DNA of 63,973 bases, counting the filler, from Reticulomyxa filosa (Eukaryota > Protista > Foraminifera): NCBI GenBank assembly GCA_000512085.1. It is 15 parts of 15 records of this genome, joined end to end, with 100 filler letters (N's around TTAATTAATTAA, not from the genome) between each part and the next. Parts side by side here need not be neighbours in the genome. Positions count along the whole stretch, not along the records: positions 1 to 12,417 come from ASPP01008495.1; positions 12,518 to 16,088 come from ASPP01020838.1; positions 16,189 to 17,520 come from ASPP01015696.1; 12 more parts are not named here. One strand, 5' to 3'. The position numbers were made by a program, and so were the translations under genes. How positions within the stretch are numbered: position 1 is the first letter of the stretch; every line of letters starts with the position of its first letter. A model generated the notes under the pieces. That model had not been told where the DNA came from. It was given only the letters and a program-made list of their open reading frames with translations, and searched no databases. Positions 1 through 16,696 of this stretch are shown here, one piece after another.

Positions 1-68
1 TTTTTTTTTTTTTTTTTTTTTCTTCACGAAAATGATAATGTATGTGTATGTGAATAAAATTCTACAGG

Positions 69-2665
69 TCTCATGCATTGGTCCGAATACTTTCAAACCA
101 ACAAACTGCAGACACGGTGAAACAATTTTTATTAAGGAAATGCTATGAAATTGCCTTGCATTCCTTGGCCGTCTTTCATCCCTTGTCCAATGGGAATACC
201 TACCATGGTCGAGTCATACTCGAAGTCTTGCTATCATTTTGGCACAAATCACTACTTTCCAAACTGGCCAATGAAAAAAACTTGCAACGTTAATTCTATC
301 CCCTCATTTTTGCAATGTCAAGTTTTTTTGTTTTGTTTTTTTTTAAAGAAAAATTGTCTCTTCCACTTTTTGATCATTATCCCCCTCTTTTTTTTTTTTA
401 TCAAAGTATGGAATGCATTCACAATGACAAAACAAAAAATAAATACAGAATTGGTAAAGAACGCCTTATTTCGCAACTTGCATCAAGGAAATATGAATGG
501 CTTCTTTATCGATTTGATATGTTTTAGACCGAATGAAAAAGCTGAGCAATTGAAACCAATCAAAGTTAAGTTGTTGTTTTTTTTTTTTTTTTTTGAAAGA
601 GGGGGAACAAATAAATAAAAAACTCATTTTCTCCGATAGTTCACACCAAGCACATGCATCAAAAAAAAAAAAAAAGGAGAAATTATTGACAGAATTTCGA
701 GAGTGGCATTTTTTGGAATATTTGTTGGATGTTTCATCCTCCCCAAAACATGGGGATGACGTGGCAACGAAATATGCGACGTTTTTCATTGACTTGGTGG
801 CGCGGTCCGCGTCGACCGATGAGACGATAGTACTGTTCCGTGGACACGAGCACTTGATCGTGGACTCGATGATAAAAGCACTGTTGAACGTGGAAGACAC
901 AAGAACGCTGTGGCATCAAGTAATGTGCGGACAGACGTTGATTCAATTTCTGGATATCACATCACGTCCGACCATCATTAATCCTGCTCAAATCGTCGCA
1001 GAAATGATGCGAGTCGCACCACCAGAACCTTCACCAAACGTATTGCATCAATTATTTAATGTAATGGCTATTCTTTTTTTTTGCTTGTTTATTTGTTTAT
1101 TTGTTTTATATATGTAATACACATATATGTGTATGTATGTATACGTATATGTACATAAATTGATTGGTTAAGTGTATTCATTTGTACAGATATTCATTTC
1201 AATGTATTCTTCTCTCACTTGTATTTATATCTTCTATTTTCTCTTCTCTTTGTCCAACGGACGTATTAAAAAAAAAGGAGAAACAAACCTTGTGGTTACG
1301 ATTTACCTTGGGAGGGGTGCATTAGAAATCTTTAAAGCGATTGCATACGTATATCCCACAACTTTGTGAAGCTATCATCCATCCATCAAAACGGTTAATA
1401 TTTGTGTTGTCTGTGAATAACATTGTTTCAACTTTTTTTTATTGCATTAACTTGGCCATTCGTTTGTTTGTTTGTTTTTATTTGTTATGGAATATCCCCC
1501 CTCCAAAAAAAAAAAAAAAAAAAAAAGAATTGGAGCCAGTACCGTTGGCAGGAGGAGTTATTAAAGAGCCTCTTGGACAAGTACGGTTGAATTGCTTGGA
1601 ATTGCTGACAGTGTCCGCAGATTTTGCACAGTTCAAATGTGGAAAAGTGCTGGCGCTTTTGCAGAACGACTTTTGGAAAGCAATATTAGATATGGCTTTT
1701 GTGCATCACGAAAACAACCTGTTTTTATGCCACTTCCGCAGATTGATACACTTGTGCATGATTTTCAGACGAAGGCTTTTAAAGTACTTGTTTGTTGAAT
1801 GCAACATGCTCGATCGTCTTATCGACTTTTACAATAGTAACATGCGACGAAGCAGTTAAGACCAAGTTTCAAACCATACTTTTAATCCAAAAAAAAAAAT
1901 AAATAATAATAACAATAACTTGCAAATTGACAAGTCCCATTGTAATGTTGAGGATTACATATGTCTTGTGTAACGAATCTTAGGCTTGCACGGATATATA
2001 TTGCAAATGACCTGGGATATATTCCATCACGATCAAAGAGATTCAGAGGAGGACGTGCTGCAAGAGAAAAAAGATGAAACAAATGACGAAGGGAACGAAT
2101 CGGAAGCTGAATCAACTTCGTCCGTAATCATCAATGCAGAGACTGATGAAGAGGCAGCCGCTGATGAAGACAATGATCCAAATTCCAATGACGCTGAAAG
2201 TTCGGAAAAGACAAAGGATGGCGGAAATGACGACGACAATAAAAGCGAGAATTTTGCTGAAAATGCTGATGGTGTCGTTTTGACTGCCAACTTTAGCAAA
2301 GATGCAGAGGACCAATGGAGTATTGTTGAATACTTTGAAAAACATCCCAAATGGTCTGCGTTTAAGCAAATTTTGGCCAATGAAATAGAGACACAGGCAG
2401 GTGGTGGTGCACCTCTTCCAACGCTTACGCAAGAGAATTCAGGAAATGTATCGCAACTCACTGCATTGTTGGATAGCTATTCAGACGCTGCTGGTGATTC
2501 AGAACACGCTCGAAACCCTGAAGAAGAGCATTCTTCTGATTCGGACGTATGCTTTGTTTTTTGATTGTCCTATATCTTTATTTTGTTCTAGTGTTATTAA
2601 GAAAAACGCCTTCAAAAAAACTTTGTGAATGGATGTACATCCCAAAATAGGACGGTGAAGATTAG
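69..2665 (+). CDS. SAPS-domain protein (SIT4/PP6 phosphatase regulatory subunit), multi-exon, 5' truncated
   Basis: Exon peptides LGQVRLNCLELL, AILDMAFVHHENNLFL, HGYILQM and HPKWSAF follow the SAPS motif order (LGxxRL, FFxYxWNNFLH, GYMGHL, WxxF). Acidic tail. GT-AG introns; last exon GAC GGT GAA GAT TAG at 2651-2665. Confidence 0.7.
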
Positions 2666-3473
2666 CTTAAAAGGAGTGTATCGCTGCTAACACATGTTTT
2701 TCTTTGGGTACATATGTGAATGTGGGGCTTTATCTTTGTTGGATTGGTTAGTTTGTGTTATGTTAGTTTGTTGGATTTTTTTTTCCTTCCAGCTGTTATG
2801 TGACAGTGAGTGGTTGCACACATTCCTCGGTAACTTTTTGTTTTGTTTATTAAGAAATGTGTTTAGTTCACTTCCAATTGAGAAGGCTGTCCTTACATGG
2901 AAGACCAGAGCGTTATAAATTCTGCTTTGTTAATGAAGTGAAAAATATTTCGTGGTGTATTGTCAGTATATTCTAAAGCATAAAAACTCAAAGGCACAAT
3001 TTAGAAAAATTAAGTACTCACAAAAAGATAGTGTGTTTGATTTAAAAAATACCAAAAATTGAAAAATTACTTTTTATTATATTGTTTCAACATGTAGGGA
3101 CCGTTTGGCCATGAAAATTGCACTTCACGTTTTTTCTTTTGAATATCTCTATCATCTCAAAATAACGAAAAAATTGCTGTTAAGAAATATTTTCTTTGTG
3201 CTCGTCACAAAGTTAATTTTGTTTAAAAAAAAAATGCAAGTTGAAGTATTCCAAATCTCGCACTATACAAAATGTCAAATTTTGTTTGAAGTTCCTCTTT
3301 GTCCATGGATTATGTTACAACAAACTGTGACCCTTTTTTAAAAAAACACGGCAAAATCAACAAAGCAAAACAAAACAAGCAGAACATAAAAAAGGCACAA
3401 AATATACAAAGAGGATGAGAACTATTAAGAATTGTTCTCTCTTATTGTCCATATTTAATTTTGGATTGTTTGA

Positions 3474-5377
3474 TTAAGGACCGGAAGGTTTTTCTTCTAA
3501 TTGAGTTAAATCTCCTAATGGAACTTGTGGTAATTGTGTAACATCAATAAAATCTTTAGTAGGATCAAAAGCAAATTCAGAAACTTCTTCACCATCTTTT
3601 TTAGGAGGTTCATCATCATCTTTATCAATACGTGCACCTAAAACTAAAATATTTTCAATTAATCTTTGTCTTTCTATACCTTGAGTAACCTCTATTGGTG
3701 TATCTGGAATAGCCCATTTTTCAGCAGCAACAAGTAAGCCTAATAAAATGGAAATAAAAGTAAAAAAGACCCATTTAAAAGTTGGATCAGTATTATTAAG
3801 TAATACAGGAACAAGTCTAGTACGCCATGTAATTAAAGCAACATTAGTTCCAACAGCAACAATACTAAAAAATCCTAAAACACCATTCCAAGCACCTAAA
3901 CCATAAGAACCATTAGGATGTGGACGTTGTGATTCTCTTATAATTTTATAACCATCAACTCTCAATTCAATAATATTATTAATTAATGCTAATAATGGAG
4001 TAATAGGTAATGCAATAACAAACATAGTAATATAACCAAATTGAACAACCATTTCACTCATATCATCAATAGTATTTCTATTTTCAGCTAATGACATTTG
4101 TCTTTCAGCTTCAGATTTATCTTTTAAAGCTTCACCACGTTGTTGAGCATTTCTTTCATCTCTTTTTGCTGCTAATTTTCCTTTAAAAAAAGGAATAAAT
4201 ACTTCTAAAAAGTTTTGTATTACAATAGCAGTAACAAATAAAGAAGCTAATTGTAATCGTAAATCAGATAATACTTGTGAATTTATTTGATTTTCAACAT
4301 GTGTTTTAGTACAAAAACTTCCAGATGAATAACAACAAGAATAATCTAATTCAGTAGTACTACATGATGGAATATTAGTATCAGAATCTTTACATTCGCC
4401 ACAAATGGTAGAATAATGTTGAACATAATATGCAGTTCTATAAAAATATATTATATACATATATTTTATTTATATATTATATAAATAAAATATATTACAT
4501 ATTACATATTACATATTACATATCACATACATACCCTTTTACATATGGTCGAATAAATGTCAAATAAAATAATGAAGAAAATGAGTTAAAAAATTTAAAA
4601 ATAAAAGATTTAGAAATTAAAGCATCTTGAAAATCTTGTTCTGTTCTATGATTTTCCCATTTATTACCATAAATAGATACAAATTGATATACATAATCAA
4701 AAAAAGATATCATAGCACCATTTGTAATACCTAATCCAATTTTTAAACCTAAATCTTCTGGATTAGCATCACGAAGTAATAATACATAAATAGCTGAAAC
4801 TACACAACCTGCCATCCATACACCTAATCCTGAAAATACAAAAGATCCTTTAATTAAACGATAAATAAATGAATAATCTTCAATCCATAAACCAGATACA
4901 CGATCATGTTGCCATTCACCTTTAAATTCTGGTCTTGCTACTGCTTTTGTTTCAAATTTTGTCATTCCCCATAATAATCTATATCTACTTTCTTGTCTAA
5001 TCCAAAAATCAACAAATGCAACACACCAAAATATAATAAATAATGCCATTACAAATAATCCTGGTACATCTACTTGTCCATATCCTAATTGAGCAATAAA
5101 AAATATTACTCCAATTATAGTTGGCCATATTAACCATCTTAAATAAAACATCATAAATCCATAATAAAATGCTGTTGGTTCACCAAAATAATTTTTAATT
5201 TCTTCAAGTGGAACTGTCATACAATTACGAATTTCTCGATTTTTAATCCATTTTTCTTCTAATGAATCTAATTGTTTAGAATCATGTAATGGAAAACATG
5301 CAACTAATGGATGTTTAGCACTTGTAATATGTGCTTGAATTTCAATTTCAGCACCACCTTTTATTATTATTAATAAA

Positions 5378-5412
<35 letters not shown>

Positions 5413-6486
5413 TAAATTTTATAAAACATACCTTCTCCTTTATCTTCTATCATTGTTTCATAAATGATACGAAGACGAGTTTTTTCATCAAAAAACGTTT
5501 TTGGACTGTTTGAATCATCAGGAAGACGAGGATATTGACGATAAATTGATTTTTCTGCTCTTGGATTGTATTGACAATACATAGCATGCCAATTTTCCAA
5601 AGGTAATGTACATTTTGCTGGATCATCTTGTTCATCCTTTTTTTTATAATTAAAATTTTTTTTTTTTTTTTTTTATAAAATAAAATTTTTTTTTTACTTA
5701 ACAAGACGAGTACGAAGTGCCAAAGGGAATTCTCTACGACGGCCTTCTCTACAAGCAGCAACAGGTTCAATTTCTAAATCAGTGTCTCTATGATCTGCCC
5801 ATCTTTTAATGTTATCTTCTGTCATTCCGACAAGCATAAAGATAAATTTTTCATCTTCTGATCTGTATGACCGCCGATTTCCCCCCCCCAAATTTGAATG
5901 CACACATACATATAAAGAATTTTTTTGTAAAAAAAAAATAAATTAAAAAAGGGGCTATTTACGGTAAATTTTTTTTTTTAAATTGTATACGTAAAATTCT
6001 TTTCCTTTTTGCGAAACTTAAAAAGTCTTGTTGATAAAAATGCACCTTCCAGCTCTCTTTGTGTTTGCAATATAATTTGCAAAAAATATTTTCGTTCAGT
6101 CATTCCATTTTCCCATTCACTTTCATATCCTGAATTTAAAGGTCGGTTTGCTTTTTCTTTATTTTTTGGTTTTATCATTTTATCTTGTTCTCCTGTTCGA
6201 AATGCTAACACGTAGTCCCAAGTCAATGGATTACCTTTAACCATTTTTGCGTTTCGTAAATCTTTCTATTTTTTTATTATTATTCATCATTATGTTATTT
6301 TTCGTCTAATTTAAAAAAAAAAAAAACAGTTCTTACCTCTATTTTCTCAATTTCTTCTAATGGAACGTTAAATACTTTCGATAACACGTCTGGTGGTATA
6401 CTTACGTTTTGGGCCATTAAGTCTTTCACAAATCGTTCTCCTTTATTGCCACTTGCGTTGTGGTCTCCCCCAAAATCTTCTGCCAT
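3474..6486 (-). CDS. Anoctamin/TMEM16-family channel or scramblase, multi-exon
   Basis: Motifs PLEEIKNYFGE, WENHRTEQDFQDALISKSFIFKFFNSFSSLFY, DDMSEMVVQFGYITMF, PLLALINNIIELRVDGYK, GAWNGVL; many TM segments. Confidence 0.92.
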
Positions 6487-7171
6487 TCCTTCTTCTTTTT
6501 TTCCTTTCTTCTCTTTTTGTGTTGTTTGGAAAAGTTACGCTGTCAACTAACTCACAAAATCGATGATTTAGTGCAGGTTTTCGTTAAAGAAGTTTGTCTT
6601 TTTTTTACGTAGTTTGTAACTTTTTTTTAAAACCCTTCCGGACGTGTTTTTGCACGTTGTTCGAAAATCAACTGAGCCAGGTTATTTTGCCTCATTAGAT
6701 CGGACCAAAAACCAACCGACATGTTTGGTCTATATTGTATAAAGAGATGTCAAACACTGAAGATTTTTTGGATCGGATAAACGTTATCGGTTAAGATATA
6801 CGTGGATACGATTGCTCAAAAATTATGATGTTAACGATCCAAAGAACTCGGTTATAACGTTTGACTATCACAATAGGAGCACCACAAAACCGTACGAAGA
6901 TACTAAGAAGTTTAATTTATGAAGTTACTGTCATAAAAACAATTCAATTTATTGCCTTTTTGTTTTGAGGCGAAGCTGATTTGTTGACTAACTTTGAAAA
7001 TTGGCAGATCAAACTGTCACCAAGCTCAACCAATCCAAATTAACGAAACTCTTCAGAGACCGTCAAAAAATGAAGTGAATTTGAAAATCACCAAACAAAA
7101 CAAAAACGGCAAACAAACAAAAAACGGCAATGTGTCTCATTCAAAAACGAAAAATTTCAATGTTTGCATTT

Positions 7172-10402
<3,231 letters not shown>

Positions 10403-10981
10403 TTTTTTCCCCTCACACCAAAAATTATGTCAGCAAATTACCAACAAAAATATCTAAAACTCAACAGTTCTTTGAACTTTCAAAAATTGAAGAGATTCGT
10501 TTTTTTTTTTGGTGAACCTACCGACACCTTCAAGTTATTTGGACAACACTGAACCTTGTCTACAGCCCCAAATGATGCTTCTGAAAAAAGTTGGCCACTT
10601 TTACAGCTTCTTTAAGAGTTTTTGATACTCTAAATTGGAATATTGATATCTTGCAGTCTTACATTTGTTTTCTCGTCTTTGTGTTTTTCAAGATTTTGTT
10701 GTTCTAAAATAGAAACAACTAAAAAAAACAAGGGTAGCAAAAGTTAAATTGTAGGGCCATTTACCCTTGGAAAAAGTTTGTTGCGCACATAAATAGTGTG
10801 AGTGGAACATTGGTATCGATAACACCTAAAACAACTTGTATAATCCAATGTCATATGTCAAGTGTTTCACAGAGATGATAGTGGGTTGAACGCAACAACA
10901 CTGGGAAAAAACAAAAAAAAAACAGTAGAGCAAGAAGAATTAAGGAGTATATTTGGAGCAATATCTGATCAGTGAATAAAA

Positions 10982-12417
10982 ATGTCTCACTCTCAAACTC
11001 AAACCTCACCGAGCACTCGACATCACACATTAGAGCGTGACCCCAAAAGCGAGCACAATGACAATAGAGACGGGGACAAGAAAGTAGTGTTAAGTTGACG
11101 AAGGAATTTTTATTTTATTTTTTTTTTTTTTTTTTTCATAATTTCCATAAATTTGTATAGTTTAAAAAAAAAAAAAAAAAAAATTGAATAAAGGAATGAA
11201 CAAGGGAATGAAAATAAAATAAGCAATGGGACAACAAAAAAAGAGAAGAAACAAAGCAACGAGAATGCAAATATCAATAACAAGAAAAATCCCAAAATGC
11301 CAGAAAAGGATAAAAAGAGTGGTGCAGGGATGGCAATGACAAACTTGAAGTGGAACAATGTGGTGACTCCTAATGGTTATGAGCTCTCTGAAAAGGAGGT
11401 GGTGCGAGTGATAATGCAATGTCTCCATGACTTGGGATACAATGAATCGGCGGAATGTCTGTCGCAAGAATCGGGACTGTGTTATTCAGTTTTGTGGCAA
11501 TGTTTTTAAAAAGTGCGGTAAGATGTTGGAGGATAAAGACAGATATAAATAAATAAAAAATGGACAATTGCAACAACAACAACAAAAAAAAAAAAGGAAA
11601 TCGATGAACATAACAACAACAACAACAACCCATTGAAACACATGGAAATAGCTGTGGCCAATGGAAAGTGGGACGAGCTGTTGGAATGGTTGGATACTTT
11701 TTCGACGATGGATGCAATGTGTGTGGGCTATGAATACTCCCCTTCTCCTCATGGCCTTCATCATCGTTCTATCGTCCTTTTGTCGCCTGTGTATTTAATC
11801 TATGCACGCATTCTTATTTTGGAACAACAGTTTGTTTATTTACTTATTGGTTTATTTTTGATTGGGTGCATATGTAAACTCCTTATCACATACACACATA
11901 CAAAAATTACATATACATATACATATATATACATATATATATATATGTATATATCTCCTTCTCTCTCTCTCTCTCTTTCTCCAAAAGATGTCTAGAACAC
12001 GTATACAACGACCAATCAATTTTGGCCATGAAGATCCTACAACAAAAACTGTCTCCTTTTGTCAATGAAATGAATGAGAGTTGGAATCGCAATGGCGACA
12101 ATGGCGGTCCCACTTCAAAGGGAACCCGCCTGCCTCGAGATGGACACAAGGAATCCGAGGACGACAAGGAAGACTATCGGAACAGTCATTTCGGAACCAA
12201 TAGTAGTAGTGGTGTCGATGAAGCGTTGCCATTCTATCCGATGTGGAGACTATCGAAACTGACAAAGCTGATATTGTCGGCCAATGGAAAAGAGGCTCGT
12301 CGTCAAATGAAACAATTGAATTGGCTAGGAATTCGACACTCACGCAAGTGTCTACTCCAAGCACTTTGGCCGTTGTTCATCACCAATGCTTGTGGTGTTG
12401 ATGACGATATCATTCCC
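10982..12417 (+). CDS. LisH-CTLH domain protein (WDR26/Gid7-like N-terminus), 3' truncated by contig end
   Basis: LisH EKEVVRVIMQCLHDLGYNESAECLSQESG followed by CTLH-like IAVANGKWDELLEWL and ILILEQQ. Confidence 0.7.
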
Positions 12418-12517
12418 NNNNNNNNNNNNNNNNNNNNNNNNNNNNNNNNNNNNNNNNNNNNTTAATTAATTAANNNNNNNNNNNNNNNNNNNNNNNNNNN
12501 NNNNNNNNNNNNNNNNN
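12418..12517. other. Artificial contig linker (N44-TTAATTAATTAA-N44)
   Basis: Identical 100-bp block recurs at 16089-16188, 17521-17620, 21042-21141, 26122-26221, 28955-29054, 30214-30313, 35537-35636, 38250-38349, 40135-40234, 54406-54505, 55706-55805, 60398-60497 and 62827-62926. The core gives TAA in all six frames. Confidence 0.99.
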
Positions 12518-12863
12518 ATACTAGTGCATCTGCATACACTGATCCAATTACAAGTAACACTATGTTGTCCAGTTATCGACCAATTGAAAAATTAGCCATT
12601 TACATTATTTGCTTTCTATTGTACATAACTATTTGTGGTTTCCACGTTTAACATAATCTGAAAACTCAAATTGTCATTTTTTTTTTTTGCATCACCAAAA
12701 ACTGGTTCTTTGCTAATACTCACTCCAGCAAGATTACACGTCATCAATTATACTATCTTTTCTCAAAAACTACTTTAAACAAAAGCACTCAATAGTTTTT
12801 AATGGATGTAAGAAAAGATATAAAGAGCGAAAATTATCAATAATTTCTTTGAAAATTATTTTT

Positions 12864-14514
12864 TTAAAAAGGTTTCAAAAAATGTCCTAGACCAGGACAA
12901 AAGTCGTAATCAGTGAAAGTGGCACTAACAGAGAAAAGAGGATTATTTTTGTGTGGATTACTGGAAATGCGTCCAAGATGTTGGACTAAGGAAGGAAAAT
13001 ATGTATAAGACAAAAAGTGGAAATGATGATAACCGGGCACAAGATCATTTCCGATTTGTGGAATAACAACATCTACATCGTCTAACACTCTCTCTCTTTC
13101 CAAAGTGATATTCCTTAAAGTTCCATAAGCTTCATTGTTCAGTATATAAGCCAAACTCCAAGGAAAGTCACGTGTGTTTTTAGTCATGCCTCCGGGTTTC
13201 CCAAACACACTAATGGACCATATTTGTTTGGGGATATTTAATACTAAAACTATTGTAATTATACTCCAACACAAATGAAATAACGTCCAGCGTAACACTG
13301 GCCGTTTCGTCCAGTCTCTAATCACTTGTAATTTGTTTCTGCTGTTGATACCATTATTATCATTATTGCTCAAACCAAAAAAGTGGATATTGCTGTTTTT
13401 TATTTGCTTCACAGCAGTTGTTCGAAGACAAGTTTTAGCAGCAGCTTGAGCACCAACGTAAAACAACAGATTGCCTATACATTGTTTTAAGTAATAAAAA
13501 TGAAGATTGGGACTGGCTCTGAAGCCATTGATATTTTTGGATTTGCACAAACACGTTTTTTTAACATAAGAAATGGGGTCCTTGATAGTTTTTTTTGGGA
13601 AAGGGCTACTGGAGAAAAAGAAAGATAGGAATAAAGAGTAATAAGAAAAAAAAAAGAAGTGTTATTATTGTTTGTGGAAAACTGAAAAAACAAATAGCGG
13701 TGAGAATGAGATAGTCAGAATAGTGATGACTCCAACCTTGATACTTTTCGGAGTGAAATAAAGTGACATGGGTCCAATTTACGTGTGGAGATTGATTGTT
13801 TTGTAACTTTTGTAAAAATGGCAAAATGTGAGCGGAAAGATGATAGAACAAGTGTGAACTTACCAAAACGTCATCTTCAAACAATAAAGTATACTTTAAG
13901 TCAATTTTATTTTGTTTGCCAAATTCAATGCAACTATTGAACGCTTCAAAGTAGTGCACTTTTTTGTACGCTCGCCACTTTTGTTTGGGCTGTGGCTGGC
14001 CCTTGGACCCCGTTGCAATACATCGCATATCATGCAAGTCGCACCAATGGTTAATGTCCAGTGCATCTGCTGAGTCTTGTCTGTGACGAGAGTGAACGAT
14101 GATTGGGGGGTTCACATTTCCAAACTTGCTTTTCTTGCTGTTTTCACTACTGTATAGTAATGATGCCAATGTTATCCAGTGATACTTTTCTTTTCGGGTA
14201 TTTGTACTTACTACTATACATAATGGGCCACTCACTTCCTTTTTCATTGTTCCACGGACACTCACTTTGTCTAGGTAGCTACGTGCCTTTTCCATGCACT
14301 GCTTCTCTTCTTGCTCATAGCCCACCACTCCTCTTGTTGGAAATTCAAAAGTACCGTCCAAATATCCATTTGTCACCAACATCTTCCAACTTGTAAACAC
14401 GAAGAATAATACCAGCAACAGATATAGAAAAATTAAGCAGTCATGAAGGACACTGCCAGCGTGCCGACAAAAAGTAGATTTTTTCAACGGCCAGACTCTA
14501 TTGCGTCGATTCAT
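12864..14514 (-). CDS. PGAP4/TMEM246-like GT-A glycosyltransferase (two exons, intron ~13691-13474)
   Basis: N-terminal signal-anchor TM, LCIVVSTNTR, LLFEDD (DxD-like), LFHSEKYQGW followed by two TMs, C-terminal PSLVQHLGRISS. This is the split GT-A topology of PGAP4. Confidence 0.65.
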
Positions 14515-15242
14515 GCTTTTTTTTGGTAAATTTTTTTATTCTATCCCCTTCACGCTCCTTTTTGACGTGTAAGCTTAAGTTTTTCGACAACAAGACGTCC
14601 ACTCACTATTAATCAAGAAGTGCTTCTTCTTGCTCTTCTCACTCAGTTCACAAAACAAAAAATGCAATTTAAGAGCCAAAATATTTTAATTCGTCCTATT
14701 TTTGTTCGTATCTTATGCAGATTAATAATTTTGCAAATATCAAAAAGTACTGAAACATTAATTATCTTTAATTTAAAGTAATTTTTCTAGATTTCAAAGA
14801 GTCAAAAAATATTTGATAGGTTACTTGCACTTTCGTTTTCTTTATTATCAATTACAAAGGTCATCACCGTTAAATCATTATTTTTTGGTGTCTAAAAATA
14901 ATGATTTAAGATTTTAGCTCGTCTTCAAAGAAAACATATTTTCGCTGGAATTGTATTTAGAAATTGGATATTTGTGACATATTTTTCAAATTTACAAGGG
15001 AATAGGGGTGATATCTGTTTAATTTGTCAAATCAAAGATTCGAAAGACAATCATACAGAGATAAAAATTGCTGCACATTTCTTTTCTTAATAAATTTTGG
15101 AAAAACACATAAGTATCCAACAAATTGACCAAGGAAAAAAGAAAAAGAAAATACAAACCATCCATTTTTCATTGCCCTAGAACGCTAGAACGGGGAAAAA
15201 ATAAACAAACAGACAAAACACAACAAAAAAGAATAGAGAAAA

Positions 15243-15975
15243 TCACTCCAGAGCTGACTCTTTCGGGACAAATGTAAATTCGGTAAAAGCCTTGGCATCT
15301 TTGGCGAGAACAGGCGCGTCAGCATGTGTGTCAACAACAGCTTCCTGAGTGAACTCTTTGTCAAACAGTGATGTATCATCATCACCACCTTTTATTGGAG
15401 GTTTATATGGTGGTGTAATCTTCTTGTTATACAATTGATCCCAGTCAATGTCTTCAAAAAATGGATGCTCTTGAATGTCTTTGAAGTCGTTATCGCTGCT
15501 TCCCAGCCGCTTGTTTGTATCTCTCACCAACAACTGTAATTCAAATGCGTCACATGTTGCGACGACAAAGCTAAAGTAAAAACAAACAAAGACAAACCTG
15601 AGAGACGACGTCTTTACACTCTTTGGACAAAGAAGGCGGGAATAATAAAGGTGCTTCTTGGATCTTGCGATACATTTCGTGAATGTTCTCCGAATAAAAG
15701 GGAGGAATGCCAACGCACAGTTCATACAACAAGATACCCAAAGACCACCAATCGACTGGTTTGCTGTGTCCTTCGTTTCTCACAATCTCAGGTGCTATTT
15801 AACATTTCACACAATTGTTTGCAACAACCTTATTTTTAAAAAGGGGGAATGAGGAGGGGGGAAGGGGAGGAAAAAAAAAAGGGGTAAAGAGTAGGATCAT
15901 CAACATTCAAAGTTCTTTCTCATCATAAACCTTAGAACATACCCAAGTATTCCGGAGTTCCACAAAAAGTCTATT
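15243..15975 (-). CDS. AGC-family Ser/Thr kinase (Akt/SGK/S6K-like), C-terminal exons only
   Basis: TFCGTPEYL, APE, VDWWSLGILLYEL, PPFY, KRLG, HPFF and hydrophobic motif FTEFTF. Confidence 0.9.
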
Positions 15976-16191
15976 CACCAAAAAAGCAAGTTTTTTTTAG
16001 ACTCAAGACAATGTGTGCATATATATGATTTTTTTTTTTTTTTCCCCTTCTCCCTTGTATTTTCTTAGTAGTAATATTGCAGTGTAATNNNNNNNNNNNN
16101 NNNNNNNNNNNNNNNNNNNNNNNNNNNNNNNNTTAATTAATTAANNNNNNNNNNNNNNNNNNNNNNNNNNNNNNNNNNNNNNNNNNNNCCC

Positions 16192-16680
16192 GTGAAGAAA
16201 CCGGCCAAAGCGGCGCCCACCGGGCACGCCCACGATCACGAGCACTGTGTCGAGGACGCAATAGCCGCGGCCGAGAAGCTTTGTGCCGCCAAGGACCTGC
16301 GCTTCACGCCGCTGCGTCGCCGGGTGCTGGAACTCGTCTGGTCGAGCCACAAGCCGGTCGGCGCCTATGCGCTGCTCGACAGCCTGCGCAACGAGGATCT
16401 CGGCTCGGCGCCGCCGACGGTCTATCGCGCGCTCGACTTCCTGATCGAGAACGGTCTGATCCACCGCATCGAACGCATGAACGCCTTCGTCGGCTGCAGC
16501 CATCCGGGCGAGGCCCATCGTGGCTTCTTCCTGATCTGCAGCGAGTGCGGCAACGCCGAGGAGATCGAGGGCGATGGCCTGTCCGACGCCATCGCCGCCA
16601 GCGCCACCCGCCGCGGCTTCACCGCGCGCGACATGACCCTGGAAGTGACGGGCGTCTGCGGCGAGTGCCGGGACGCCTGA
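16192..16680 (+). CDS. zur: Zinc uptake regulator, Fur family (bacterial)
   Basis: His-rich N-terminus HAHDHEHC, RFTPLRRRVLEL, APPTVYRALDFL, CxxC motifs CSEC and CGEC. Very high GC3, no introns. Confidence 0.9.
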   Translation: MKKPAKAAPTGHAHDHEHCVEDAIAAAEKLCAAKDLRFTPLRRRVLELVWSSHKPVGAYALLDSLRNEDLGSAPPTVYRALDFLIENGLIHRIERMNAFVGCSHPGEAHRGFFLICSECGNAEEIEGDGLSDAIAASATRRGFTARDMTLEVTGVCGECRDA

Positions 16681-16696
16681 TTGCCCGTTCGCTGCC

